Source of the DNA: an uncultured Chloroflexia bacterium
Lineage (GTDB): Bacteria; Chloroflexota; Limnocylindria; Limnocylindrales; CSP1-4
DNA: 64,000 nt
Direction: 5' to 3'
NCBI GenBank assembly: GCA_963748625.1
Contig: CAVVJT010000004.1
Span: 736,001 to 800,000, forward strand
The first letter of the stretch is position 1. Each line of letters begins with the position of its first letter. This document shows positions 26,769 to 35,800 of the stretch, piece by piece. Both the position numbers and the translations under genes were made by a program. Below the pieces are notes generated by a model. That model saw only the letters and a list, made by a program, of their open reading frames with translations, had not been told where the DNA came from and made no database searches.

Positions 26769-27116
26769 ATGTCGATCGAGGGTGAGGCCCTGCTGGTCCG
26801 GATCTACATCGGCGAGTCGGACACGTTCCACGGCAGGCCCCTGTATGACGCGATCGTCCGGCTCTTCCGCGAGCGGCACATCCGCGGCGTCTCGGTGTTC
26901 CGGGGGATCGAGGGGTACGGGCGCTCGTCGCGCGTGCACACGACCCGGGTGCTTGCCCTGTCCGAGGATCTGCCGATCCTGATCGAGGCCGTGGACGAGG
27001 CCGACCGGATCCGCGCCGTGCTCCCAGACCTCGAGCCGATGATCGGCGGCGGGCTGGTGACCCTCGAGAAGCTCGAGGTGGTGGTCTACCGGGGCGGGGA
27101 GGCGACGGCGGGGTGA
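26769..27116 (+). CDS. DUF190 (PII-like) protein
   Basis: RIYIGESD, FRGIEGYG, LSEDLPI motifs; the usual neighbour of crcB. Confidence 0.9.
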   Translation: MSIEGEALLVRIYIGESDTFHGRPLYDAIVRLFRERHIRGVSVFRGIEGYGRSSRVHTTRVLALSEDLPILIEAVDEADRIRAVLPDLEPMIGGGLVTLEKLEVVVYRGGEATAG

Positions 27117-27985
27117 CGCTCCCCTCCTCCGCCCGACCGTTCGACGCGCGGGTCCTCGCCAGCGCCGACGCGTGGGAGGCGGGCGCCGTGGCGGTGGCGG
27201 TTGTCGATGTCGACGGCCTGGTGGCCGTGCGTGGCACACAGGATCGCGTGCTGCCCTGGGCATCGGTGACGAAGCTCTTGACCGCCTATGCCGTGCTGGC
27301 CGGTGTGCGCCGGGGCGTGGTCTCGCTCGACGACGCAGCTGGACCGGAGGGCTCCACGCTGCGCCACCTGCTGGCCCACGCCTCGGGCTGCGCGTTCGAC
27401 ACCGCTGTGCCGATCTCGCCACCGGGCCGGACGCGCATCTATTCCAATGCCGGGTTCGACACGGCCGCAGCGCACCTCGCGCGCGCCGCCGGCCGGCCGT
27501 TCGCGGCGCTGCTGCGCTCGTGGGTGCTCGATCCACTCGAGATGCACGGGACCAGGCTTGTCGGGACGCCGGCTGCGGGACTCGAGGGCCCGGTGGCCGA
27601 CCTCGCGGCGTTCGCCCGCGAGCTGCTCCGGCCGCGCCTGCTGCCGGTGGCCGACCTCGCGGCCGCGACGGACGTCGTCTTCCCCGGGCTGCGCGGCGTG
27701 CTGCCCGGCGTCGGACGGATGGATTCGAACGACTGGGGACTGGGCTTCGAGATCCGGGGCGTGAAGGCGCCGCATTGGACCGGGAGCCGGAACTCGCCGC
27801 GGACCTTCGGGCACTTCGGGCGGAGCGGGACGTTTCTCTGGGTGGACCCTGAGGCCGGCCTTGCACTGGCCTGCCTCACGGAGCGGGAGTTCGGGCCCTG
27901 GGCGCTCGACGCCTGGCCGCCCTTCTCCGATGCGGTCCTGGCCGCGGCCGACCCTACCAGCCCCCGGAGCCTGGCTCACCCTTGA
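27113..27985 (+). CDS. Serine hydrolase, beta-lactamase-related family
   Basis: SVTK, LLAHASG, YSN, FGHFG. Confidence 0.9.
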   Translation: MTLPSSARPFDARVLASADAWEAGAVAVAVVDVDGLVAVRGTQDRVLPWASVTKLLTAYAVLAGVRRGVVSLDDAAGPEGSTLRHLLAHASGCAFDTAVPISPPGRTRIYSNAGFDTAAAHLARAAGRPFAALLRSWVLDPLEMHGTRLVGTPAAGLEGPVADLAAFARELLRPRLLPVADLAAATDVVFPGLRGVLPGVGRMDSNDWGLGFEIRGVKAPHWTGSRNSPRTFGHFGRSGTFLWVDPEAGLALACLTEREFGPWALDAWPPFSDAVLAAADPTSPRSLAHP

Positions 27986-28493
27986 TGGGCCCGGTGATCC
28001 GGGACGTGACCCAGCCACCGTAGAAGCCGCCCGCCTGCGGTGTCGCGAGCTCGTCCCCCACCCACGCCTCGTCCACCTTCGACGCGTAGAACGCAATGTG
28101 GCCCCGGATCGCTGCGAAGCCCGCCATTGGGGCCTCATAGGACCACGCGATGTCATCCACGCTTCGCCGGGGAGTCACCAGCGACCAGTACGCCGCCCGG
28201 CCCTTCCACTCACAGTGGCTGGAACGGGAGGACGGGCGCAGCACGTCCAGCCGGACATCCTCGGGTGGCAGGTAGTAGACCGGCGCACCTGCTGTCTCGA
28301 TGACGCGCAGGGCACGGACCGACTCGGCGATGGCTTCACCGTCAACGACCACGCGGATGCGCTCGACGACGGGCTCGACACGCGGCGGGCGCGGATAGTC
28401 CCACACGGATTCCTGGCCGGGACCCGGGATCACCGGGGCCACACCACGCGGGATGGTCGAGGCAAAGCGGTGGGCAGTGGGTCGATCGCGCAC
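27954..28493 (-). CDS. DUF427 domain protein
   Basis: ESVWDYPRPP, CEWKG, FYGGWVT, KGEPGS. GTG start with AGAGG upstream. Confidence 0.88.
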   Translation of the reverse strand: MRDRPTAHRFASTIPRGVAPVIPGPGQESVWDYPRPPRVEPVVERIRVVVDGEAIAESVRALRVIETAGAPVYYLPPEDVRLDVLRPSSRSSHCEWKGRAAYWSLVTPRRSVDDIAWSYEAPMAGFAAIRGHIAFYASKVDEAWVGDELATPQAGGFYGGWVTSRITGPIKGEPGSGGW

Positions 28494-28632
28494 ACCGCCT
28501 CTACGCGCGCACGGTCCTCGCGGATTGGGGCACCCGCAGGGTGGGCGTCTCAATGGCGTCCGCGCCCGACGGTTGGCCCGGCCAGCGCGCACCGCCGGCG
28601 CTGCGGCCGCGGGGTCAGTCCTCCGGCGCGGG

Positions 28633-29112
28633 TCAGTCCTGCGGCGCGCAGGCGGCGCACCGGCCGGCAATCGAGAGGTGCGAGAGCTCCACCCTGAACC
28701 CACGTGAGGCCTGGAGCGACGCGACGAGCGCCGCGGCCTCCTCAGCCCCGATCTCCCACGTGCCGCGGCACCCGGCGCAGTACAGGTGCCCGTGATCGGC
28801 GGCGGGCATGACGTGGAACTCCTCCCGGCCGTCCATGCCGTGGGCGTGGCGGAGGACGCCGATCTCCTCGAGCACGTCGAGGGTGCGGTACACGGTGGAC
28901 GGGATCGTGGTCGGGTCCACCTCGCGGCAGCGCTCCACGAGCTCCGCTCCCGTGACGTGCCCATCGGTCCGGGCCAGGACGTCGATCAGCACGCGGCGCT
29001 GGGGCGTCCAGCGCAGGCCGCGCGCGCGAAGCTCCGCGGGCACGTCGGACCACGAGGCGGGGGCGGCAGGCTGGGGCGATCCGGCAGGTCCGGGAGATCC
29101 GGTGGAGCTCAT
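28633..29112 (-). CDS. Fur-family metalloregulator
   Basis: RWTPQRR, STVYRTL, HGHLYCAGC and C-terminal CAAC. Confidence 0.93.
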   Translation of the reverse strand: MSSTGSPGPAGSPQPAAPASWSDVPAELRARGLRWTPQRRVLIDVLARTDGHVTGAELVERCREVDPTTIPSTVYRTLDVLEEIGVLRHAHGMDGREEFHVMPAADHGHLYCAGCRGTWEIGAEEAAALVASLQASRGFRVELSHLSIAGRCAACAPQD

Positions 29113-29140
29113 CGCGCGAAGGATAGGGTGAGCCAGCATA

Positions 29141-29182
29141 CTATTGCAACTAATTGCAATAGCAACCCTTTGCGACTACGAT
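29141..29182. promoter_or_regulatory. Palindromic operator overlapping divergent promoters of the Fur gene and ECF operon
   Basis: CTATTGCAA-CTAA-TTGCAATAG (9-4-9). The right arm TTGCAA lies 17 bp before the -10 TACGAT (29177-29182). Confidence 0.75.
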
Positions 29183-29226
29183 GTCCACACAGCGCATCGC
29201 CACCTGCAACCGGGGAACCCGTCCTC

Positions 29227-29961
29227 ATGGACCTCTTCACCATCGCCAGCGCCCCCCTCACAGGCATCGCCGATCCGTCGCTCCATGCAGCGGACCGGTT
29301 CCTCTCCGTCCCCGTCGCACTGCTCTTCTGGGCCATCACGATCGTGGTGGTCGGCATCTCGGTGCGCAAGGTCGGCCGGACCATGGATGAGCGGGCCATC
29401 CCCCTGATGGGCGTCATGGGCGCCTTCATCTTCGCCGCCCAGATGATCAACTTTCCCGTCGCCGGCGGCACCTCCGGGCACCTCCTGGGCGGCGTGCTCG
29501 CGGCTGTGCTGCTCGGGCCTTGGGCGGGCACGCTGGTGATGGCCTGCGTGATCGCGGTGCAGGGCCTCGTGTTCTCCGACGGTGGCCTGCTCGTGATGGG
29601 CGCCAACATCTTCAACATGGGCATCGTGGGCACCGTGGGCGGCTTCGCGATCTACCGGGCCCTGTGCGGCGTCCTCGGAGGCGAGGATCGCGGGCGCATT
29701 CCGGCATCGGCGGTCGCCGCTTGGCTGTCGGTGATGATCGCGGCCGCCTTCATCGCCGCAGAGCTCGCGGTCTCCGGCACAAGCCCGGCAGAGGTCGTGT
29801 TCCCGGCCATGCTCCTGGTCCACACGGCCATCGGCTTGGGCGAGGCCCTGATCACCGCCGCAACCCTCGCCTTCATCGGCAGGGTGCGCCCGGACCTGTT
29901 CAACCTGCGCCCCGATCGTGCCGGGCGTCCGTCCGGCACGACCGCCCCGGTGCCGGCATGA
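29227..29961 (+). CDS. cbiM: ECF transporter substrate component CbiM/NikM-like
   Basis: AFIFAAQMINFP, GTSGHLLG, QGLVFSDGG, GANIFNMG, HTAIGLGEALIT. Confidence 0.9.
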   Translation: MDLFTIASAPLTGIADPSLHAADRFLSVPVALLFWAITIVVVGISVRKVGRTMDERAIPLMGVMGAFIFAAQMINFPVAGGTSGHLLGGVLAAVLLGPWAGTLVMACVIAVQGLVFSDGGLLVMGANIFNMGIVGTVGGFAIYRALCGVLGGEDRGRIPASAVAAWLSVMIAAAFIAAELAVSGTSPAEVVFPAMLLVHTAIGLGEALITAATLAFIGRVRPDLFNLRPDRAGRPSGTTAPVPA

Positions 29962-30413
29962 GCGGGAACGAGGGCCAGGTGGCGACGGCGGCCGCGGAGC
30001 CCGCGGTGGACCAGCCCGATGCCGGCACGGCGGTGGCCGCGGCCACCGACACGACCACGCCGGCGCCCGCGACCACCGACACGATCACGCCAACGCCCAC
30101 TCCAACGACCACAGCAACGAAGCGCGCCGGCGGCCGCTGGTGGTGGGTCGGCGGGATCGCGATCGCGGTGCTCGTGGTCGTCCTCCTCGCGCCGCTCGCA
30201 TCGTCAGACCCTGACGGCCTCGAGCGTGTCGCAGAAGACCAGGGCTTCATCGGCCAGGCGACCAACCTGATCGGCGGCCTGCTGGGCGATTACGCGCTCC
30301 CGGGCGTCGGCAACGAGGCCGTCTCGACGGTCCTGTCGGGCCTGCTGGGCATCGCGATCGTGGTGGGGCTGCTGTTCCTCCTGGGGCGCCTCATGGCGCG
30401 CCGCCGCGCCTAG
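29958..30413 (+). CDS. PDGLE-domain membrane protein (NikN/CbiN-like)
   Basis: ASSDPDGLERVA motif with two TM helices and a Thr/Pro-rich N-terminus. Confidence 0.9.
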   Translation: MSGNEGQVATAAAEPAVDQPDAGTAVAAATDTTTPAPATTDTITPTPTPTTTATKRAGGRWWWVGGIAIAVLVVVLLAPLASSDPDGLERVAEDQGFIGQATNLIGGLLGDYALPGVGNEAVSTVLSGLLGIAIVVGLLFLLGRLMARRRA

Positions 30414-30425
30414 GAGCGCCGGGCC

Positions 30426-31220
30426 CTGGAGCTTGACCGGTACGTCGAAGGCACGAGTCCCTTCCATCGGGCGGATGCGCGCGTCAAGTTCATCCTGACC
30501 CTGGTGGCCATCCTGGCCATCTCCCTGCTGCCGGATGCCTCCTGGGTCGCCCTGGCGATGGCCTGGCTCACCCTCGTCGCGTGCTCGGCCACGGCCGGCC
30601 TGGGCCCGTTCCGGCTCACCCGCGCCGGCGTCGTGGCGCTGCCATTCGCGATCGCCGCCCTGCCCCTTGTGTTCACCGTGCAGCAGGACATCGTGGCCAC
30701 CATCGACCTCGGCCCCCTGACACTGACCATCTCCGCGGAGGGTTTCCGTCGGTTCCTCTCGATCCTGATCGGCAGCTGGCTCTCGGTGCAAGTCGCGCTC
30801 CTGCTCGCCTTCACCACGCCGTTCCACGATCTCGTGGACGGCCTGCGGGAACTGCGCGTGCCGCGAATCCTGATCGCGATCATCTCGTTCATGTACCGGT
30901 ACCTCGCGGTGCTCTCCGACGAGGCCTCGCGCATGATGCGGGCCCGCGATGCGCGCTCCGCCATGCGCACGGGCTCCTCGGGTGGCACGCTCCGCTGGCG
31001 CGCCACCGTGGCCGGGCGCATGGTCGGCTCACTGTTCCTGCGCGCCTACGAGCGAAGCGAGCGCATCTACGCAGCGATGCAGGCGCGCGGCTTCGAGGGT
31101 GAGTTCCGCCACCTGCAGGCTCGCGCCCTCCGCCGCTCCGAGATCGCCTGGCTCTTCCTCCTCATCGCCCTCCTGGCCGCCTACGAGGTCATCGCGTTCA
31201 TGTGGCTTCCCCACCAGTGA
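30426..31220 (+). CDS. cbiQ: ECF transporter T component CbiQ/NikQ (probable CTG start)
   Basis: Conserved SPFHRADARVK lies upstream of the first GTG. FMYRYL, ARDAR and AMQARGF motifs. AGGAG is 9 nt before CTG 30426. Confidence 0.85.
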   Translation: MELDRYVEGTSPFHRADARVKFILTLVAILAISLLPDASWVALAMAWLTLVACSATAGLGPFRLTRAGVVALPFAIAALPLVFTVQQDIVATIDLGPLTLTISAEGFRRFLSILIGSWLSVQVALLLAFTTPFHDLVDGLRELRVPRILIAIISFMYRYLAVLSDEASRMMRARDARSAMRTGSSGGTLRWRATVAGRMVGSLFLRAYERSERIYAAMQARGFEGEFRHLQARALRRSEIAWLFLLIALLAAYEVIAFMWLPHQ

Positions 31221-32050
31221 GCACGCAGCTCGACCAGCCCCACGTCCACGAGCACGTCCACGACGAGCTTGGCGCTCACGCCCACCCGCACGCGCACGAC
31301 GAGCCCGCGGGTGCCGGGGGGAGCGCCGCCGACAACGCCCGCGGCACCGTCAGCCTGCGCCATGTCCACTACCGGTATCCGGACGGGTTCGAGGCGCTGC
31401 GGGGCGTTGACCTGCGGATCGAGGCGGGCGAGAAGGTCGCGCTGGTCGGGCCCAACGGCGCAGGCAAGAGCACCCTCATGCTCCAGCTCAACGGCACGCT
31501 CCGGCCGGAGTCGGGCGAGGTCCGGGTTGCCGGGGTGCTCGTCGAGAAGGCCTCGCTCAAGCGCGTGCGTGCGGAGGTGGGCCTGGTCTTTCAGGACCCG
31601 GACGACCAGCTCTTCAGCCCCACGGTCTTCGATGACGTGGCGTTCGGGCCGCTGCACATGGGCCTGTCCGGCGACGAGGTCCATCGCCGGGTGGAGGGCG
31701 CGCTGGCGGCCGTCGGGATGGCGGCCTTCGCACACCGGGTGCCCCACCGCATGTCGCTCGGGCAGCGCAAGCGCGTTGCCGTGGCCACCGTGCTCTCCAT
31801 GGACCCGTCGATTCTCGTGTTCGACGAGCCGTCGGCCGGCTTGGATCCGCGGGGCCGCCGCGAGTTGATCGGGCTGCTCCGGTCGCTCGACCAGACCATG
31901 CTGGTGTCGACGCATGACATGCGGCTGGTCGCTGAGGTCTTCCCGCGGACCGTGGTCGTCGATGACGGCCTCGTGGTGGCCGACGGGCCCACGGATGCCC
32001 TCCTGGCCGACACGGCCATGCTGGAGGCGCACGGGCTCGAGGCTCCCTGA
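31217..32050 (+). CDS. cbiO: ECF transporter ATPase CbiO/NikO with His-rich N-terminus
   Basis: GPNGAGKS, FQDPDDQLF, SLGQ, DEPS, STHD. GTGA overlap with cbiQ. Confidence 0.93.
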   Translation: MSTQLDQPHVHEHVHDELGAHAHPHAHDEPAGAGGSAADNARGTVSLRHVHYRYPDGFEALRGVDLRIEAGEKVALVGPNGAGKSTLMLQLNGTLRPESGEVRVAGVLVEKASLKRVRAEVGLVFQDPDDQLFSPTVFDDVAFGPLHMGLSGDEVHRRVEGALAAVGMAAFAHRVPHRMSLGQRKRVAVATVLSMDPSILVFDEPSAGLDPRGRRELIGLLRSLDQTMLVSTHDMRLVAEVFPRTVVVDDGLVVADGPTDALLADTAMLEAHGLEAP

Positions 32051-32101
32051 CCCCGGGACCGCCCGGGCTCATCGTGGGATCAGCCCGCGATCAGCCTGAG
32101 A

Positions 32102-32608
32102 TCAGCCCACGCGCGTGATCGACGGGAGGTCGAGCGCGTCGAGGTGGTCGGCACGGCGGAGGATGCGTGCGAACAGCGACGGCACGTACCAGCGCAGGAA
32201 GTAGAGCCGGCAGCCCACGCAGATCCCCGTGGCGGCGAGCAGCGTCTGCAGCGCGATGACGGCGCCGGTGAAGACCCAGCCGAGCGGCGCGGCGCCAAGC
32301 ACGAACGCGAGCGAGGCTAGGGCGAGGGCGATGCCGCCGAGCGCCTGGGCGAAGCGCGGCGGGTACTCGTGCTCAGGCTCCGCAGGCGGGCCGAGCCTGA
32401 GAGCGCTGCGCACGGCGGGCCAGGCGCGTCCCGGCAGGAAGAACCGGGTGCCGAACGCGGCGGAGACGAGCAGGTTCAGGGCGACCAGCGCGACGAGCCA
32501 CGGCAGGCCTAGGGCGAAGGCGAGGACGAGGGCCGCAGCCGAGACGCCGGCGCCGAAGCGCTGGCCACGGGGGTCGATGAGACGGGCGGGAGCAGGGGTG
32601 AGGGACAC
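32102..32608 (-). CDS. DUF4395 membrane protein
   Basis: IDPRGQRF, PPRFAQALG, GICVGC motifs. GGAG is 9 nt before GTG 32608. Confidence 0.85.
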   Translation of the reverse strand: MSLTPAPARLIDPRGQRFGAGVSAAALVLAFALGLPWLVALVALNLLVSAAFGTRFFLPGRAWPAVRSALRLGPPAEPEHEYPPRFAQALGGIALALASLAFVLGAAPLGWVFTGAVIALQTLLAATGICVGCRLYFLRWYVPSLFARILRRADHLDALDLPSITRVG

Positions 32609-32694
32609 AGGAACGGGCTCCGGGTCGGGCGGGACACAGCGGGGCGCGGGTGCGCACCCGGGACGACGGGGAGAGATGCGAGGCCCGGAGCGGG

Positions 32695-32805
32695 TCAGGC
32701 GGTGGGCGATCCTGCAGCGGACCACGCACGCTCGACCGACGCCGACGCTCGCCGACGACAGGAGCAAGAGTGGTCCATACAGCCCATGGGGGCGATCGCA
32801 ATCAC
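32695..32805 (-). CDS. Putative leaderless Cys/Met-rich leader peptide (36 aa, MIAIAPMGCMDHSCSCRRRASASVERAWSAAGSPTA)
   Basis: -10 TACGGT lies 6 nt before GTG 32805. Five sulfur-amino-acid codons fall within codons 7-16. Directly upstream of the DUF4395 gene. Confidence 0.6.
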   Translation of the reverse strand: MIAIAPMGCMDHSCSCRRRASASVERAWSAAGSPTA

Positions 32806-32867
32806 GGGAGAACCGTACACGACGCTGGTTGCATCGTCAACGACCTAGCTCCGCCGGAGGGCGCCCG

Positions 32868-35800
32868 CTACCGGAGCGTCACCATCCCGTCGATGTCCAC
32901 GCGCGGCCGACCGGCGGTCCCCACGACCACCAGCCTGACCTTGCGCGTCGCCGAGGTACCCCACGTCCTGGACCATACGATCACGCGATGCCGGACCGTC
33001 GAGCTGCGGGTGTCGACCGTGGTCACGTAGGCGCCGTTCACATACACCTTGACCTTGCCCCGGCCGAGGCCGGTGGTGACCACCAGGCCGAGCGTCCTGC
33101 CGGTGACGGTCCACGTCGAGGATGCGCCGGCGCGCTTGCTCCACCGCGCTGAACCGCCCGAGTACGCAGCCCTGGATGCTGTCCTCCAGCCACTTGACCA
33201 GCGGATGCTGGATCGTGTCTGCTGCAACACCCGAGCGGTCAGCGTCGGCCCTTTGGCCCAGGCGCCCGCGACGCCATCGCCATCCACAGCACGCACGGCG
33301 TACCGCACCGTTCCCGACGAAGGCATCGTCACGATGTGCGAGGCGGCGGCGAGACCGGTGGCGACCGTCACGAACGCGCTGCTGTTGACGCTCCGGGCGA
33401 GCTCCCATGAGGCGATCCCCGGCCCATCGGCATCGGTGCCGCTCCAGGTGAGCCTGGCGGGGATCCCGGAGCCTGCGAGCCCCGCGCCGGTCCGCAGGGT
33501 AGCGACGGGCGCTTTGGCCACAGGCGGGACGGGGGGCGCCGCCCAGGGATCAACGGACAGGACGTTGCCGGCCACGTGATAGCCCCAGTTCGGGATGACC
33601 CCACCGACGACCAGCCGGTGCGGGTCAAGAGGTGCAGCCGCGGCGGCCATTGGGGTGGCGACCATCGCGAGGTCCACGCCGGGATCGACGGGTGGAGCGA
33701 GCGGCAGCGCAAGTGCGAAGACGCCCGTGCTGCCGTCCTGGCCCCAGGCCCAGTAATCGTTGCTGCGCAGCGGAGCCGTGGCCGCCGCGTTGACGTCGAG
33801 CGAGCCTCGGTCGAGGATCACCACGCCGCCACGGCCAATCGCCATCGCGATCCCGGCGTCGGCGGTGGCGATGCCGTAGACGTGGTCCCCCCAGTAGTTG
33901 CTGAACCACGAGGTCGTCGAGGGGTCCGTGGGCCGCAGCAGTGCGCCGGTGTCGGCCGCGAAGACCACGAGGGACGAGCTGCACGTGATGTAGCCGCCGC
34001 CGCCCTCCCGGGCCGTGATCCAGCAGTACTCCCCGCCGGCAAGCACGCGACCCTCGTCTGCAACGATCGCGTGGACCGCGAAGTCGCGGAGCCCGGAGCC
34101 CGGAGCCACCGGGATCACACCCAGCAGGTCCGGGTCCCACGCGTCGAGCGCGCCTGCCGCGTTGAGCCGGGCGAGGCCCCTGCGGGTCTTCCCGTCCACG
34201 GTGCCGAAGATTCCACCGATGTACAGCAGCCCCGCGGAGTCGAAGGCCAGGGCGGTCACCTGTGATGCCCGAGGCTCCCCGGACTACGCACCCCTGGTAG
34301 AACGGGAACTCGGGGATGGACGGGGCATCGAGGCACCCGAGGACCGGAGCGGGCAATGTCGCCCGCGCCCGACGACGGGCTGGCGTAGTGGCGAAGCGGT
34401 GCCGCATCGGTGCCCCCAGTGCCCCGCCAGTCGCCGCCGGCCCAGAACTCGCCGGAGACGGGATCGACCGCGATCGTCCTGACCGCGCCCGGCGGCGTCG
34501 CCTGCGGCGACCAGTCCAGCAGGTGGCCGTCCACGGGATCGAACGCCGCCAGGGATCGCACGTTCCAGTCCGCCCCGGGTGCTCTCGGGAAGAACACCTC
34601 GCCGCCGGCGAGGAGCCAGCCCTGGTCGAGCGCGAGGGCCATGACCTCGGGCTGCGGGTCTGCGACCACCGGGGAGACGAAGGCAGGGTCGGGGCTCATG
34701 CTCGTGGTCATCGCGACAATCCCGGGCGACGTGATCCCGCGCACGAACTGGAAGTCGCCGCCGAGCACCACGCCGGCGCTCGACACGGCCAGGGTCACCA
34801 GGGCCATGGACGCGTTCCCCGGGTCTGGATTCCAGGCGGCCACCTGGTCCCCAGTCCCAAGATCTATCGCCCGCGTGGTGCCGAGCAGGAGTGATCGGCC
34901 GCCCGGGGCGGTGTAGGGCACCGTTGGCAGGCCCTCCGAACCCTCGAGCGCGATCACGTCCGCCAGCTCGCCCGTGAGTCGCCCGTTCATGAGCTCGTAG
35001 CGGCAGAGCCGGCTGCCCCACGTGGCGCTGCCGTCTGACGAGTAGGACCACTTGGACATCCAGGCGTGGATCGCTCCATCGAGCTCGAAGTACGGAGAGC
35101 CAGGGGCTGACCCGACGCACGTCGAGCCCGCACCGGCGAAGGAGCCGTCGGCGAGGTGCTCCTCCCCGGCATCGTTCCAGCGCTGCACGATCGTCCCCGT
35201 CGCGGCGTCGAACGCGACGAGCCGTGACGCGCCGAACGTGGTGGCGTCCACGGGGTCCAGTGGGAAGGTGCCGGCCAGCAGCACCTTGCCCTCAAGGTAG
35301 GCAGCGCCGGTCGCCCAGCCGGTCCAGTTTCCTCCGCCGTAGACCTCGGATCCCGCCGGCATCTCCGACTGCAGCGGCACCACCCATCGCCGGGTGCCTG
35401 GCCCCAGGTCATACGCAACAAGGAAGCTGCGGCTGTCCCGAGTTTCGATGGAGGTCGCCCCCACCCACGCGCGGTACACCACGAACAGCCGGTTGGCGGC
35501 CGGGTCGTATGCGGCGGCGAACACCGTTGCATAGCAGTACGGCAGCGCTGCGCAGTCGGCAACGACGGGCAACGGGCTCGTGACGCCGGGGAGTGACGTG
35601 GTGCAGGCACCCGTCGTCCGGTTGATCACGAAGAGGCCGGTCGTGTTGCCCGCGCTGGTCATGAAGCGGCCGATCAGGTGCTGCGGCGTGATCGTGTACC
35701 CCGCATCACCGCTGAATGTGCTCATCCGGGCGAAGACCGAGCAGGCGTCAGGGTCGCCGGTGATCTTCCAGCCGGCGTCCACCACCCAGCGGCTACCAGC

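Noticed and set aside
27113-27985. Bona fide beta-lactam resistance gene
   Set aside because: No signal peptide and HFG instead of KTG. It resembles cytoplasmic esterase-type members of the family.
29183-29226. Cobalamin riboswitch ahead of cbiM
   Set aside because: The leader is only about 40 nt and has no B12-box.
30411-30413. Pyrrolysine recoding of the in-frame TAG
   Set aside because: No pyl genes are in the window, and many other genes here end in TAG. A CTG start with a good SD is the simpler explanation.
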